Below, piece by piece: positions 63,986 through 64,000 of a stretch of 64,000 bases of DNA. Position 1 is the first letter of the stretch, and every line of letters begins with the position of its first letter. Source of the stretch: a virus (Duplodnaviria; Caudoviricetes); IMG/VR virus record IMGVR_UViG_3300033073_000736, positions 19,484 through 83,483 of that record; one strand, written 5' to 3'. A program made the position numbers and the translations under genes. The notes under the pieces are model-generated. The model had not been told where the DNA came from. It saw only the letters and a list, made by a program, of their open reading frames with translations, and ran no database searches.

Positions 63986-64000
63986 TCCCTGATAACGGAT

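Noticed and set aside
1-64000. Genome-wide stop-codon reassignment
   Set aside because: Many clearly complete genes end in TGA or TAG, often in ATGA overlaps

Overview
64 kb of a lytic, contractile-tailed dsDNA phage genome with Felixounavirus/Pakpunavirus-like organisation; the host is probably a Gammaproteobacterium (inference). 1-16.3 kb (+): replication and nucleotide-metabolism genes (SSB end, DsbA-like protein, two exonucleases, HNH, MazG-like protein, ThyX, class Ia RNR nrdA/nrdB) among many small ORFs. 16.4-47.4 kb (-): complete morphogenesis and lysis module (spanins, tRNA-Thr, terminase, portal, S49 protease/scaffold, decoration, capsid, neck, sheath, tube, chaperones with a -1 frameshift, tape measure, baseplate, fibres/spike, GH19 endolysin, holin). 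47.7-62.5 kb (+): accessory block with four DNA methyltransferases, Acb2, a stand-alone LigA-Ia-like domain, PhoH, a ClpP-like protease, a SLOG protein and several gene remnants. 62.5-64 kb: mostly non-coding, resembling a genome end or terminal repeat. Two group I introns (after the nrdA thiyl-radical Cys codon and inside the terL Walker A) each encode a LAGLIDADG endonuclease; free-standing GIY-YIG and HNH genes also occur. Best candidates for something new: (1) a cluster of sigma54 -24/-12 boxes with a nearby IHF site and 32-bp repeats in the gene-free end region; (2) a ~475-nt highly paired ncRNA upstream of a non-canonical tRNA-Thr; (3) three small genes within ~2.8 kb, each interrupted by one in-frame TGA; (4) an Acb2-anchored block of possible nucleotide-signal antagonists. 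All family assignments come from motif recognition by eye; no database search was run.
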